DNA of 64,000 nucleotides from Eledone cirrhosa. Lineage: Eukaryota. Where the stretch lies: positions 334,738,001-334,802,000 of the forward strand of contig OZ024742.1 of NCBI GenBank assembly GCA_964016885.1. The letters run 5' to 3'. The position numbers were made by a program, and so were the translations under genes. The notes below the pieces were generated by a model. The model was not told where the DNA came from. It saw nothing but the letters and a program-made list of their open reading frames with translations, and did not search any database. Of the stretch, positions 13,401 through 25,395 are shown in pieces; the stretch's first letter is position 1; each line of letters starts with the position of its first letter.

Positions 13401-14979
13401 TTGTATGTGGCATTAGTCGTCACAGACGTAGTAGTGGTTTATGATTATGATTATGATCAATTGTGAGGAGGTATGTACCGGTGGTGACGTAATATCTATT
13501 TAACCCTAGGTCAGACATAATCCAGTAAGCCTATAATTAATAGCGTTCTAACAATTCTTTCCTTTTCGTGGATATCTTTATCTCTGACTAATTATTCAAT
13601 GTGTCCTCCGCTTTTCAAGACGATCGTGTGTAATCTGAAGTGAATTTGGCTGTTATTTCTTGCACGTAGAATCATCCAGTGGTTGCCTTCGTTTTGTCTT
13701 GCGTTACAAAGTTTATATGTAAGATAGAGAGAAAATACTTTGAATAGATTTTATCACTTTTAACTTTTACTGGGAATTTTCAAGATTCACTTGAATGAGA
13801 AACTTAAGATGTTAAATCTGAAAATTCCCACAAGCAAATTTTATAAGTGAAAATGAGTGGTCACTGTTGTGTGATAACAAGAAGTGTTTTTTTGTCTAAA
13901 AGTAAAAGGAGAATCTCCTGGGTTTGGAAGCTACTGGAGCTAAATTAGATCGCCCTGAGGGGTGAACAAAAAAACACGATTCCTCTTTTTGAAATGTAGA
14001 AATGATATAAAAATATTTATTTTTGAATGTGTTATTAACGATTCTGAATTACATTAACTCTATGGTTGCTAGAATCAGTAAAGGGGCTGGATAAAATGCT
14101 TTCAGGGATTTAATAACACCTCTTGGCGTTCTGAGTTAATACCCGTTGGTGTCATCTTTGCAATTTACCACACTAGTATCTACGAAATAAAGCCATATCA
14201 TCATAATCCTCATCGTCGTCGCCCTCATTAGCATCATCATAAACAACAAAAACGATGCGTTATTCCTGCCCTCAATGCTTGCTATATATAAGCCAAATTG
14301 AGCTAATGAGTCTGAAATAGAATGAGAGTAATATGGCTTTCGAGTTTATTACATCCATATAAAGAATATTGCTTTAGCGATATGTTAGTATAACAGGTAT
14401 TGGTATATATATTTAGAAAAGCATTATAAGCTTGTCAATATTTTATTTATTTATATAAATATATATATATATATATATGTGGGGGGGGGGGGGTTATAAA
14501 CATGAAAACCATAGTTCTAAATATATATATATATATATATGAAGAGAGAGGGGGGATGAACCATTGTGAAATATGTGGTTAAGAATGTTTGAGGAGACCT
14601 AGTACAACGCAAGTTATAAGTTATAGATAAGACAACCAAAACAAAAAATTATCTTCTATGTCATAATATTGCAATATTGTGACATAATTTCAAAGTAAGG
14701 ACACTGAATGTTGGGGTGGATGGTCTTTACGAAAAAGACAGCGCGCCATCAACCTCATTTTCCATTTCTTTCTAATGAAAAGGGTTTCTAACACTGAAAT
14801 ATCATGTAACTGCAACGTAAATGTTATTGTTGTTTAGTTTGTCTTATTTGACTCTCGATTACTCGCTTGCATTATACAGATTTTCCCCAACCACTATGTT
14901 TTAAAGATGACCACCGTCATCCGTTCGTTCTAGCAGTGGCATATTATATATTTTCAACAGTTCAAGCAAGTGGCAGACA

Positions 14980-15032
14980 GAGATACGGTATTGACAAAGG
15001 GTAATAACCCACAAACACGTTGACTGTTTCTC
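14980..15032 (+). ncRNA. Type I hammerhead ribozyme motif (U3-A8 variant, G12 mutated)
   Basis: gagatacggta TTGACAA aggg-taataa-ccca cAAAC ac GTT gactgtttctc. Long imperfect helix I. Confidence 0.55.
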
Positions 15033-15323
15033 TATACCAATGCTAAAACAAACGGATGACGACTGTCATCTAAAAAACATAGCGTAATGAGGCTGGTTGC
15101 TTGCAAACGAATCGAATACAATTATTATTATTATTCAATATAAAAGACATAAATACATTTATGTAACTTGTTATGTGAAAGCGAGAAATCAAATTCCAAT
15201 TTTGTTTTTTAATTTTCGGCAAAGTTAGTCGTAAAATCACTCGGTATGCAAATGAGACTAATCAGTCGATGTATACTTTAGAAAATATTACATATTTTCG
15301 AACGTTCAAGCAAGTGGCAGACT

Positions 15324-15373
15324 GAGATACAGTGTTGACAAAGGCAATAATCCAGAAACAGGTTGACTTTCTC
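15324..15373 (+). ncRNA. Type I hammerhead ribozyme motif (U3-A8 variant)
   Basis: gagatacagtg TTGACAA agg-caataa-tcca GAAAC ag GTT gactttctc. Confidence 0.55.
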
Positions 15374-15528
15374 TATGCCATTGTTAGAACAAACGGAAGA
15401 CGGCGGTTATCTAAAACATGGTGTGATGTTAGCTTGCAAATGAATTGAGTATTATCAATATTATTTGATAGAAAACTTATAAATACCGTTATATGAGAGC
15501 GTGAAATCAAATTTTAATTTTGTTACAC

Positions 15529-15614
<86 letters not shown>

Positions 15615-16541
15615 CAAAATTAAAATTTGAAACACCCCACTTGCCGAATAAGATAAGGAAAACCCCTACTTATATAGGTAGATGTACCTCTTTCCTTTTT
15701 CTCTATGTTTTCTCCTTCCCTTTGTCTCCTACTCTTTCCCCCACCGAATTTCTTCTTCGTTCGTTTCTTTGTATTTTTTTCCCCTTTCGCCTACCCCGAG
15801 GCAGCCCATCGGGCCTCTTTATCCTCATTACCCCCACCCCAGCAACTTACAGATACCATTCGCCGATTACGCTATACTAACTATTAATAGCAGCTGTGTT
15901 AGACCCCAGAGATGTGGTATTAATTTTTAATTCTAAATTTTCAATAATTCTCATCTAGCAACTCATTCTATAGCTTTGGCCGAAATAGCAGCACCAACAA
16001 AATATAGCAGCTGTGTTAGACTCCTTAGTTTTATTTCACTTCTCACTTTCCAATCTTACATTCTGATACATCTTCTCTCATTTTTTATTATATTCTCTTT
16101 TATTATATTTTTCATTGTCCCCTAATCGCATTTGATTTACTATTTCTATAACGTCCCTCCTCCACTTTCTAAAGAAACCTTTTTTCGCCAACCTTCACTG
16201 GCCTACTTTCATACACATTCCTTAGAATTGGCCGTGTAGATTTCACCTTCTACGCTTGACCGGCTCTACCCACTCCCCTATCGTTCTACAGGCAAGTTCA
16301 GCCATCCCCACCCCACACCCACTGCCACGATAGACCTTTTTTGTCTTCTACAAATTTTGACCAATCCTCTTGACAACTACAATCTTCCCATATAAGGCAG
16401 TACCCCTTGAAAAGTTCGGCTATTTATTTACCACATATATGTGTGTATGTATATATATTTCAAGCGTTAAACTAATACATGCCTTCAATGCACTGTGTCG
16501 CTTGCTTTGTTATTTATGTTTAATTTTTACATATGCATATA

Positions 16542-16576
<35 letters not shown>

Positions 16577-16638
16577 TTACACTTTAGGAGGGTCATGTTG
16601 CCAATAAGAAACACACGCACCAGTTGCTTTCACTCCAA

Positions 16639-17551
16639 TCTATATATATAAAACTGTGGTTGTCTGTCTGTCTATCGATTTTTGGCACACATCTCCTCTT
16701 AGAATCTCTCACGGAATTGCACCGAAATTGCTATACTTGTACATTGAGGCCTAGCGAAGACATCGGAAAAAAAAATTTCAAATTGACCCACCCTATGTGA
16801 CGAAATCGAATATAATGTATCGATTTTTTAGCGTAAGTTATCAGTTATTTCCCTTTGTTCTGTTTATATTGAGCGTCTTACGTAAAAAATTACGCTGGCT
16901 TTAACAGTTGTCGAGCCAGCAAAATATTGACCTGCAAAATTCATCAGTTCGAACACTAAACTTCCGTTTTGCTTCATTTCCATTTAAAAGCATTTTAAAA
17001 CAATATTTTTACTTGAAAACAAGTCTAATTAAAGACTACGTAAAACAAGCAAATATTTCGTCGTTAGGCGTGCAGACAGACAGTCGTGCAGACAGACAGT
17101 CGTGCAGAGAGGTGATATAGGCGTGCAGACAGACAGTCGTGCAGAGAGGTGATATAGGCGTGCAGACAGACAGTCGTGCAGAGAGGTGATATAGGCGTGC
17201 AGACAGACAGTCGTGCAGAGAGGTGATATAGGCGTGCAGACAGACATAACTGATAATTTGGTTACGCTAATGTTTTTCTCTGCGTTGCAGTGTTTACATT
17301 TTCGATCTTTGTTAATAAATAACCAGTGCAGTTTCTATCCCCAGCATCCTCTTTTGTTATAACATTCGGGTTATCGTTATGTTTTCTTAACTTCATAAGG
17401 CATATTGTTGGTTGAGGGAATATTAATCAGAAACACCACATGCAAGTCTGCACAGTAGACACTACAGTTTTTAAGCCAAGAAAGAAACTTAACATTGTAA
17501 CTTTAACACAGCTACTGAGCGACCCCGAGCAACGCCGGGCTTTACTGCTAG
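16639..17551 (+). mobile_element. Non-autonomous Helitron
   Basis: 5' TC(tatatatataaaa), 3' hairpin cccgagcaacgccggg followed by CTAG, inserted between A (16638) and T (17552), no TSD. Confidence 0.85.
17064..17246 (+). repeat. 37-bp minisatellite inside the Helitron
   Basis: Unit taggcgtgcagacagacagtcgtgcagagaggtgata starts at 17118, 17155, 17192 and 17229 (last partial). A variant first unit has a 15-bp internal duplication. Confidence 0.95.
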
Positions 17552-18094
17552 TTTATTATAAAGTAAATTGTAAATTTAAAAAATTTATAAATTTTCGGTT
17601 GGTTGGTTGGTTCCACAACCGGATGGTTGTTCATATATTGTCAGAGTTCTTTCGTCACACATTCTGTGACCTCATCAGTGACTGGGGATTCTTTTCTTTG
17701 TTTTGTGCCTCTCCCCTGTTCTGTCCTACGCCATCTTGTTTTTGTGTGTGGTGTGTGCTTAGTTTGCGCATGTGTTACATCCGGGTGTCTGTGTGTGTTT
17801 TTATTTGTTTATTTATTTGCTTATTTACATGTTACGAGTTGGTTGTTTGTTCTATGTGTGTGTGTTTTCATTTTGTCCTTAACTGTAAATTGTGATGTTG
17901 CTATTCCATTCATATATACATATATGTATACATTATGATAATACATATATGTATATATACATACATACGCACATGTATCTATATATATATATATGTGCGT
18001 ATGTATATATATGTATACATATATGTATAAATATATGTATATACATATGTATATGCATATGTATATACATATATTATATATATATATATATATA

Positions 18095-18530
<436 letters not shown>

Positions 18531-18618
18531 ATTTGCTCTACGGTTCTTATATATTTGATATATATTTATCCTTATCGAGCCCTCTTTGGATTTTAGTTTT
18601 CAAATTTATTATTATTAC

Positions 18619-18800
<182 letters not shown>

Positions 18801-18849
18801 ACTATATATATAGATATATAGATATAGATACATAAATATACATATACAC

Positions 18850-19667
18850 ATTTCTTCATAAGTATATTTTAAACTTAAAGCCTCGTTTAAATGATTCTTT
18901 TGTGGTTGATTTATGCTTATTGGGAGAGGAAATACTGTATATATTTTATCTAATGATTCTATGGACTTATGTCTTTATATATTGCTCTGATAGTTAATTA
19001 TATATTTAATTAATTCGTCATCGAGCCACACCGTGAATGGTGTCCAAAATTATACATATATCTATGGCTCTCTCTACTTTATGTGTATATACCCTTTAAA
19101 TTTTATATACTCCCATAAGGTTGAGTAAAACTTTAGGCAGTATTTGGCTGCGCTTTTTAGTAACCAGCCTACTTGCCGTTAGGCTCGAATCACAAACTTT
19201 CTACCTTGACCACTAGCCACGTGACGATTCTTAGCCATTTTGAATTCGTTTCTGGTGGAGATCTTGTAAGAAAAATCTTTGTCCAATTGATTTTTGTCCT
19301 GGTGATTTCCAATCTCGTTGATTTATCGGATATATCCAAAAATGGAATGAAACTGGCGGTAGTAGAGATATTTTGATGATTTTGGTATGTTTATGTATAT
19401 TTTTAATTCTAACTTTGATTTTGTACCTAATTATGTATGGTTAATTATATGGCTAGTCAATTTCTACAGGTTATCAGAAATAGTGGATAAATTTTCTGTA
19501 GCTGTGAGTCGCGGATAATGAGCTATATCCTTTACCTATTATTTCTTCATAAGTATATTTTAAACTTATAGCCTCGTTTAAATGATTTTTTGTGTGGTTG
19601 ATTCATGCTGATTGGGAGAAGAAATACTGTATATATTTATATATTTTATCTAATGTGATTCTATGGA

Positions 19668-19672
<5 letters not shown>
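18850..19672. repeat. Two diverged about 130-bp direct repeats about 690 bp apart, between (TA)n tracts
   Basis: atttcttcataagtatattttaaactt..gcctcgtttaaatga...tgattctatggacttat at 18850-18980 and 19541-19672. Confidence 0.8.
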
Positions 19673-19757
<85 letters not shown>

Positions 19758-20033
19758 CACATATATATTTACATGAATATATATATAAATATGTGTGTGT
19801 CTGTTTGTGTCTCTGTGTGTTTTTTGCATTATGTCAGTATTTCATTAAATATGAGTTCAATTCCCAAGCTACAAAATGTTTAGCAACGTTATTTTTGTTT
19901 GTCTCTTGGCAGTTGTTGTTGACGTTTGAGTTACTTAAACTTAAATTGTATCCTTTTAATCCATTTTTATTTTCTGTATATATGTATCTAGAAGTAGATC
20001 TATATATCTATATACGTGTGTGAATATATGTAA

Positions 20034-20104
<71 letters not shown>

Positions 20105-20234
20105 TATATATGTTTATATAACATGTATATATATACATATATATATATAAATAAATGTATACATATATATTATATTATATTTATATATATATTGTATTAT
20201 ATATATATATAAATATATATATATATATTTATAT

Positions 20235-20307
<73 letters not shown>

Positions 20308-20344
20308 TAATATTTCTTTGCTTAAACTTTAATCTGTTATTTTA

Positions 20345-20415
<71 letters not shown>

Positions 20416-20689
20416 TATACACATATATATATACATATATATATATATAATATATTTAGAAACACACAGATACATGCGGACACACACATATATACATGAA
20501 TGCATCCGCACCCAGCTGTGAGTTAAGGGTGCCAACTTCACCGATGTTGCTCAATGAATGACTGGGACAGACCAATTCAGTTTGAACCAGACTGAACCAG
20601 TATCAGAGTTAAAAATACATTATGAAGAGAGAAGAAACATTTAGATATAATTAGTAATAAAATGTATCATACCTAAACTGTTCCTAAAT

Positions 20690-20777
20690 TCCTCGACTAC
20701 GTAGTTTCGTGGCATAAACAAAAACAATATATCAAAGATATAGAGTCCTTGCGAGGTCTGCCGACTTATCAAGAGGA
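20690..20777 (-). ncRNA. Type I hammerhead ribozyme, array copy 1
   Basis: Reverse complement of the motif at 23057-23144. Confidence 0.85.
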
Positions 20778-21280
20778 TACCTCATTTTACTAGTCTCAAG
20801 AACGCGTCTACACGACGTGAGAAAGAATCCCAAAAGGCGGAGGGGGGGACAGTCACGCGATATAACGGTCGAGAAACAGAGCTAAGCCTCTTATAACCAC
20901 GAAGAAAATACCACGGAGGCGGAGGGGGTATTCACATCGAGGCCGTAGAAGAGGTAGTGAAGAAGGCGAGAAGTATGAGTAATGGAAGCTTTCCAGTTGT
21001 CCCCACACTTCAAAGATTGCTCGACCAGAGGGAGTTATTAATATATTTAGAAACACACAGATACATGCGGACACACACATATATACATGAATGCATCCGC
21101 ACCCAACTGTGAGTTAAGGGTGCCAACTTCACCGATGTTGCTCAATGAATGACTGGGACAGACCAATTCAGTTTGAACCAGACTGAACCAGTATCAGAGT
21201 TAAAAATACATTATGAAGAGAGAAGAAACATTTAGATATAATTAGTAATAAAATGTATCATACCTAAACTGTTCCTAAAT

Positions 21281-21368
21281 TCCTCGACTACGTAGTTTCG
21301 TGGCATAAACAAAAACAATATATCAAAGATATAGAGTCCTTGCGAGGTCTGCCGACTTATCAAGAGGA
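21281..21368 (-). ncRNA. Type I hammerhead ribozyme, array copy 2
   Basis: Identical motif, +591. Confidence 0.85.
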
Positions 21369-21871
21369 TACCTCATTTTACTAGTCTCAAGAACGCGTCT
21401 ACACGACGTGAGAAAGAATCCCAAAAGGCGGAGGGGGAGACAGTCACGCGATATAACGGTCGAGAAACAGAGCTAAGCCTCTTATAACCACGAAGAAAAT
21501 ACCACGGAGGCGGAGGGGGTATTCACATCGAGGCCGTAGAAGAGGTAGTGAAGAAGGCGAGAAGTATGAGTAATGGAAGCTTTCCAGTTGTCCCCACACT
21601 TCAAAGATTGCTCGACCAGAGGGAGTTATTAATATATTTAGAAACACACAGATACATGCGGACACACACATATATACATGAATGCATCCGCACCCAACTG
21701 TGAGTTAAGGGTGCCAACTTCACCGATGTTGCTCAATGAATGACTGGGACAGACCAATTCAGTTTGAACCAGACTGAACCAGTATCAGAGTTAAAAATAC
21801 ATTATGAAGAGAGAAGAAACATTTAGATATAATTAGTAATAAAATGTATCATACCTAAACTGTTCCTAAAT

Positions 21872-21959
21872 TCCTCGACTACGTAGTTTCGTGGCATAAA
21901 CAAAAACAATATATCAAAGATATAGAGTCCTTGCGAGGTCTGCCGACTTATCAAGAGGA
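21872..21959 (-). ncRNA. Type I hammerhead ribozyme, array copy 3
   Basis: Identical motif, +1182. Confidence 0.85.
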
Positions 21960-22462
21960 TACCTCATTTTACTAGTCTCAAGAACGCGTCTACACGACGT
22001 GAGAAAGAATCCTAAAAGGCGGAGGGGGAGACAGTCACGCGATATAACGGTCGAGAAACAGAGCTAAGCCTCTTATAACCACGAAGAAAATACCACGGAG
22101 GCGGAGGGGGTATTCACATCGAGGCCGTAGAAGAGGTAGTGAAGAAGGCGAGAAGTATGAGTAATGGAAGCTTTCCAGTTGTCCCCACACTTCAAAGATT
22201 GCTCGACCAGAGGGAGTTATTAATATATTTAGAAACACACAGATACATGCGGACACACACATATATACATGAATGCATCCGCACCCAACTGTGAGTTAAG
22301 GGTGCCAACTTCACCGATGTTGCTCAATGAATGACTGGGACAGACCAATTCAGTTTGAACCAGACTGAACCAGTATCAGAGTTAAAAATACATTATGAAG
22401 AGAGAAGAAACATTTAGATATAATTAGTAATAAAATGTATCATACCTAAACTGTTCCTAAAT

Positions 22463-22550
22463 TCCTCGACTACGTAGTTTCGTGGCATAAACAAAAACAA
22501 TATATCAAAGATATAGAGTCCTTGCGAGGTCTGCCGACTTATCAAGAGGA
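22463..22550 (-). ncRNA. Type I hammerhead ribozyme, array copy 4
   Basis: Identical motif, +1773. Confidence 0.85.
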
Positions 22551-23056
22551 TACCTCATTTTACTAGTCTCAAGAACGCGTCTACACGACGTGAGAAAGAA
22601 TCCCAAAAGGCGGAGGGGGAGACAGTCACGCGATATAACGGTCGAGAAACAGAGCTAAGCCTCTTATAACCACGAAGAAAATACCACGGAGGCGGAGGGG
22701 GTATTCACATCGAGGCCGTAGAAGAGGTAGTGAAGAAGGCGAGAAGTATGAGTAATGGAAGCTTTCCAGTTGTCCCCACACTTCAAAGATTGCTCGACCA
22801 GAGGGAGTTATTAATATATTTAGAAACACACAGATACATGCGGACACACACATATATACATGAATGCATCCGCACCCAACTGTGAGTTAAGGGTGCCAAC
22901 TTCACCGATGTTGCTCAATGAATGACTGGGACAGACCAATTCAGTTTGAACCAGACTGAACCAGTATCAGAGTTAAAAATACATTATGAAGAGAGAAGAA
23001 ACATTTAGATATAATTAGTCGTGTAGACGCGTTCTTGAGACTAGTAAAATGAGGTA

Positions 23057-23144
23057 TCCTCTTGATAAGTCGGCAGACCTCGCAAGGACTCTATATCTTT
23101 GATATATTGTTTTTGTTTATGCCACGAAACTACGTAGTCGAGGA
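23057..23144 (+). ncRNA. Type I hammerhead ribozyme, array copy 5
   Basis: Helix I tcctc/gagga; core TTGATAA; helix II gt(c)ggca...tgccac with a long insert; GAAAC tacgta GTC (palindromic actacgtagt). Predicted cleavage after C23139. Confidence 0.85.
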
Positions 23145-23647
23145 ATTTAGGAACAGTTTAGGTATGATACATTTTATTACTAATTATATCTAAATGTTTC
23201 TTCTCTCTTCATAATGTATTTTTAACTCTGATACTGGTTCAGTCTGGTTCAAACTGAATTGGTCTGTCCCAGTCATTCATTGAGCAACATCGGTGAAGTT
23301 GGCACCCTTAACTCACAGTTGGGTGCGGATGCATTCATGTATATATGTGTGTGTCCGCATGTATCTGTGTGTTTCTAAATATATTAATAACTCCCTCTGG
23401 TCGAGCAATCTTTGAAGTGTGGGGACAACTGGAAAGCTTCCATTACTCATACTTCTCGCCTTCTTCACTACCTCTTCTACGGCCTCGATGTGAATACCCC
23501 CTCCGCCTCCGTGGTATTTTCTTCGTGGTTATAAGAGGCTTAGCTCTGTTTCTCGACCGTTATATCGCGTGACTGTCTCCCCCTCCGCCTTTTGGGATTC
23601 TTTCTCACGTCGTGTAGACGCGTTCTTGAGACTAGTAAAATGAGGTA

Positions 23648-23735
23648 TCCTCTTGATAAGTCGGCAGACCTCGCAAGGACTCTATATCTTTGATATATTG
23701 TTTTTGTTTATGCCACGAAACTACGTAGTCGAGGA
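23648..23735 (+). ncRNA. Type I hammerhead ribozyme, array copy 6
   Basis: Identical motif, +591. Confidence 0.85.
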
Positions 23736-24238
23736 ATTTAGGAACAGTTTAGGTATGATACATTTTATTACTAATTATATCTAAATGTTTCTTCTCTCTT
23801 CATAATGTATTTTTAACTCTGATACTGGTTCAGTCTGGTTCAAACTGAATTGGTCTGTCCCAGTCATTCATTGAGCAACATCGGTGAAGTTGGCACCCTT
23901 AACTCACAGTTGGGTGCGGATGCATTCATGTATATATGTGTGTGTCCGCATGTATCTGTGTGTTTCTAAATATATTAATAACTCCCTCTGGTCGAGCAAT
24001 CTTTGAAGTGTGGGGACAACTGGAAAGCTTCCATTACTCATACTTCTCGCCTTCTTCACTACCTCTTCTACGGCCTCGATGTGAATACCCCCTCCGCCTC
24101 CGTGGTATTTTCTTCGTGGTTATAAGAGGCTTAGCTCTGTTTCTCGACCGTTATATCGCGTGACTGTCCCCCCCTCCGCCTTTTGGGATTCTTTCTCACG
24201 TCGTGTAGACGCGTTCTTGAGACTAGTAAAATGAGGTA

Positions 24239-24326
24239 TCCTCTTGATAAGTCGGCAGACCTCGCAAGGACTCTATATCTTTGATATATTGTTTTTGTTT
24301 ATGCCACGAAACTACGTAGTCGAGGA
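24239..24326 (+). ncRNA. Type I hammerhead ribozyme, array copy 7
   Basis: Identical motif, +1182. Confidence 0.85.
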
Positions 24327-24392
24327 ATTTAGGAACAGTTTAGGTATGATACATTTTATTACTAATTATATCTAAATGTTTCTTCTCTCTTC

Positions 24393-24458
<66 letters not shown>

Positions 24459-24477
24459 TATATAGATATATATATAT

Positions 24478-24516
<39 letters not shown>

Positions 24517-24723
24517 CATACATACATATCTGTTTCACATATGTTTCAGAGTTTATTTGACAGTTGCAGCTTGTTTTGTTTTTCTCCTTTAAAGTAAAAA
24601 CTATCGAAACTATTAAAATATCACTTTCAAAACATTCAAATTATACCTATATATCAATATCTGTATGTATATATATATATATATATATATACATATATAT
24701 GCGTGTGTGTATACCTATCTATA

Positions 24724-24772
<49 letters not shown>

Positions 24773-24809
24773 TTTTACTCTTTTACATGCTTGTTGCTAC
24801 ACGATCTAT

Positions 24810-25020
24810 CTCCAGCCTGTGTTGGCTGGCCATTGTTGTAAGAGGGAGTTCGTTGCTGCTGACCTTGGATTACTTTCGTTCCGTGCTGTGGGCTCCTCCG
24901 GATCCTGGATAGCAGAGTGTCAAGAGGCTACCTGAAAACATCCACGTCCACACCATGCAGATCTCTCAAATTTCAAGCTTGTTGGCGAGCTGAGGGCGTT
25001 TGAACCCCAGGCTATTGCAA
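24810..25020 (-). pseudogene. 3' fragment of a CR1-group LINE ORF2
   Basis: Minus-strand translation GFKRPQL...RDLHGVDVDVFR*PLDTLLSRI resembles the CR1 C-terminal motif (GPQLFN..RDL...FK..LD.FL). Confidence 0.55.
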
Positions 25021-25169
25021 TATATACTAATTATTCTAGATGTGAAAGAGGAGAACTTTGGCACCATATGTATAAATATATAAAACGTCGACCACATATA
25101 TTACAGGTAAGTCTTTGGCAAAGACTGTAATGCCAGCACTTAATGTACTTTAATATGTCTCTTTAAACC

Positions 25170-25395
25170 TCCCTGTGATTGTGGTAGAAATGGCATTTAT
25201 TTGGGTGTACTGGCACGTAGCTGCTATAGCCTATATGAAACGGGTTGTTTTGTACTCTGGTGTGGCATTTAAGGTCGGCAAGAGATAGGCATATTTTGCC
25301 ACAAATTTCACAAGACGAAATCTTAGTACCATGCCCGTGTTCTGTAGCCATCTGTTCTTTCCTGATTTTACATTTTAGATTGGCATGTTTTATTG
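25170..25395 (-). pseudogene. 3' fragment of an RTE(BovB)-like LINE with C-terminal C2H2-type finger
   Basis: KHANLKCKIRKE...CEICGKICLSLADLKCHTRV (CxxC...L..H), typical of the RTE-BovB C-terminus. Confidence 0.5.

Larger units (their letters stand above)
14855..15523 (+). mobile_element. Inverted partial copy plus two tandem copies (about 345-bp period) of an HHR-bearing unit
   Basis: gttcaagcaagtggcagac..gagatac..ttgacaaagg at 14960 and 15304. 14855-14943 is an inverted copy of the unit interior. Confidence 0.7.
20448..23019 (-). mobile_element. 591-bp tandem array, left arm (about 4.35 units), retrozyme/Penelope pLTR-like
   Basis: Exact 591-bp period (identical ORFs at 20853, 21444, 22035, 22626). 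Units are near-identical with one HHR per unit. The left end merges into (TA)n. Confidence 0.9.
23018..24397 (+). mobile_element. 591-bp tandem array, inverted right arm (about 2.33 units)
   Basis: Reverse complement of the left-arm unit. Junction ataatta[gt]cgtgtagac has 2-nt microhomology. The right end tcataat merges into (TA)n. Confidence 0.9.

Noticed and set aside
17064-17246. 37-bp repeats of CRISPR-like length
   Set aside because: Head-to-tail with no unique spacers, no cas genes, eukaryotic context.
20853-24163. Six identical 75-aa ORFs (MCVSAC...), and unit length 591 being divisible by 3
   Set aside because: Identity follows from the tandem repeat. No recognisable domain, the start lies in a microsatellite-like patch, and this frame has a stop, so there is no evidence for rolling-circle translation.
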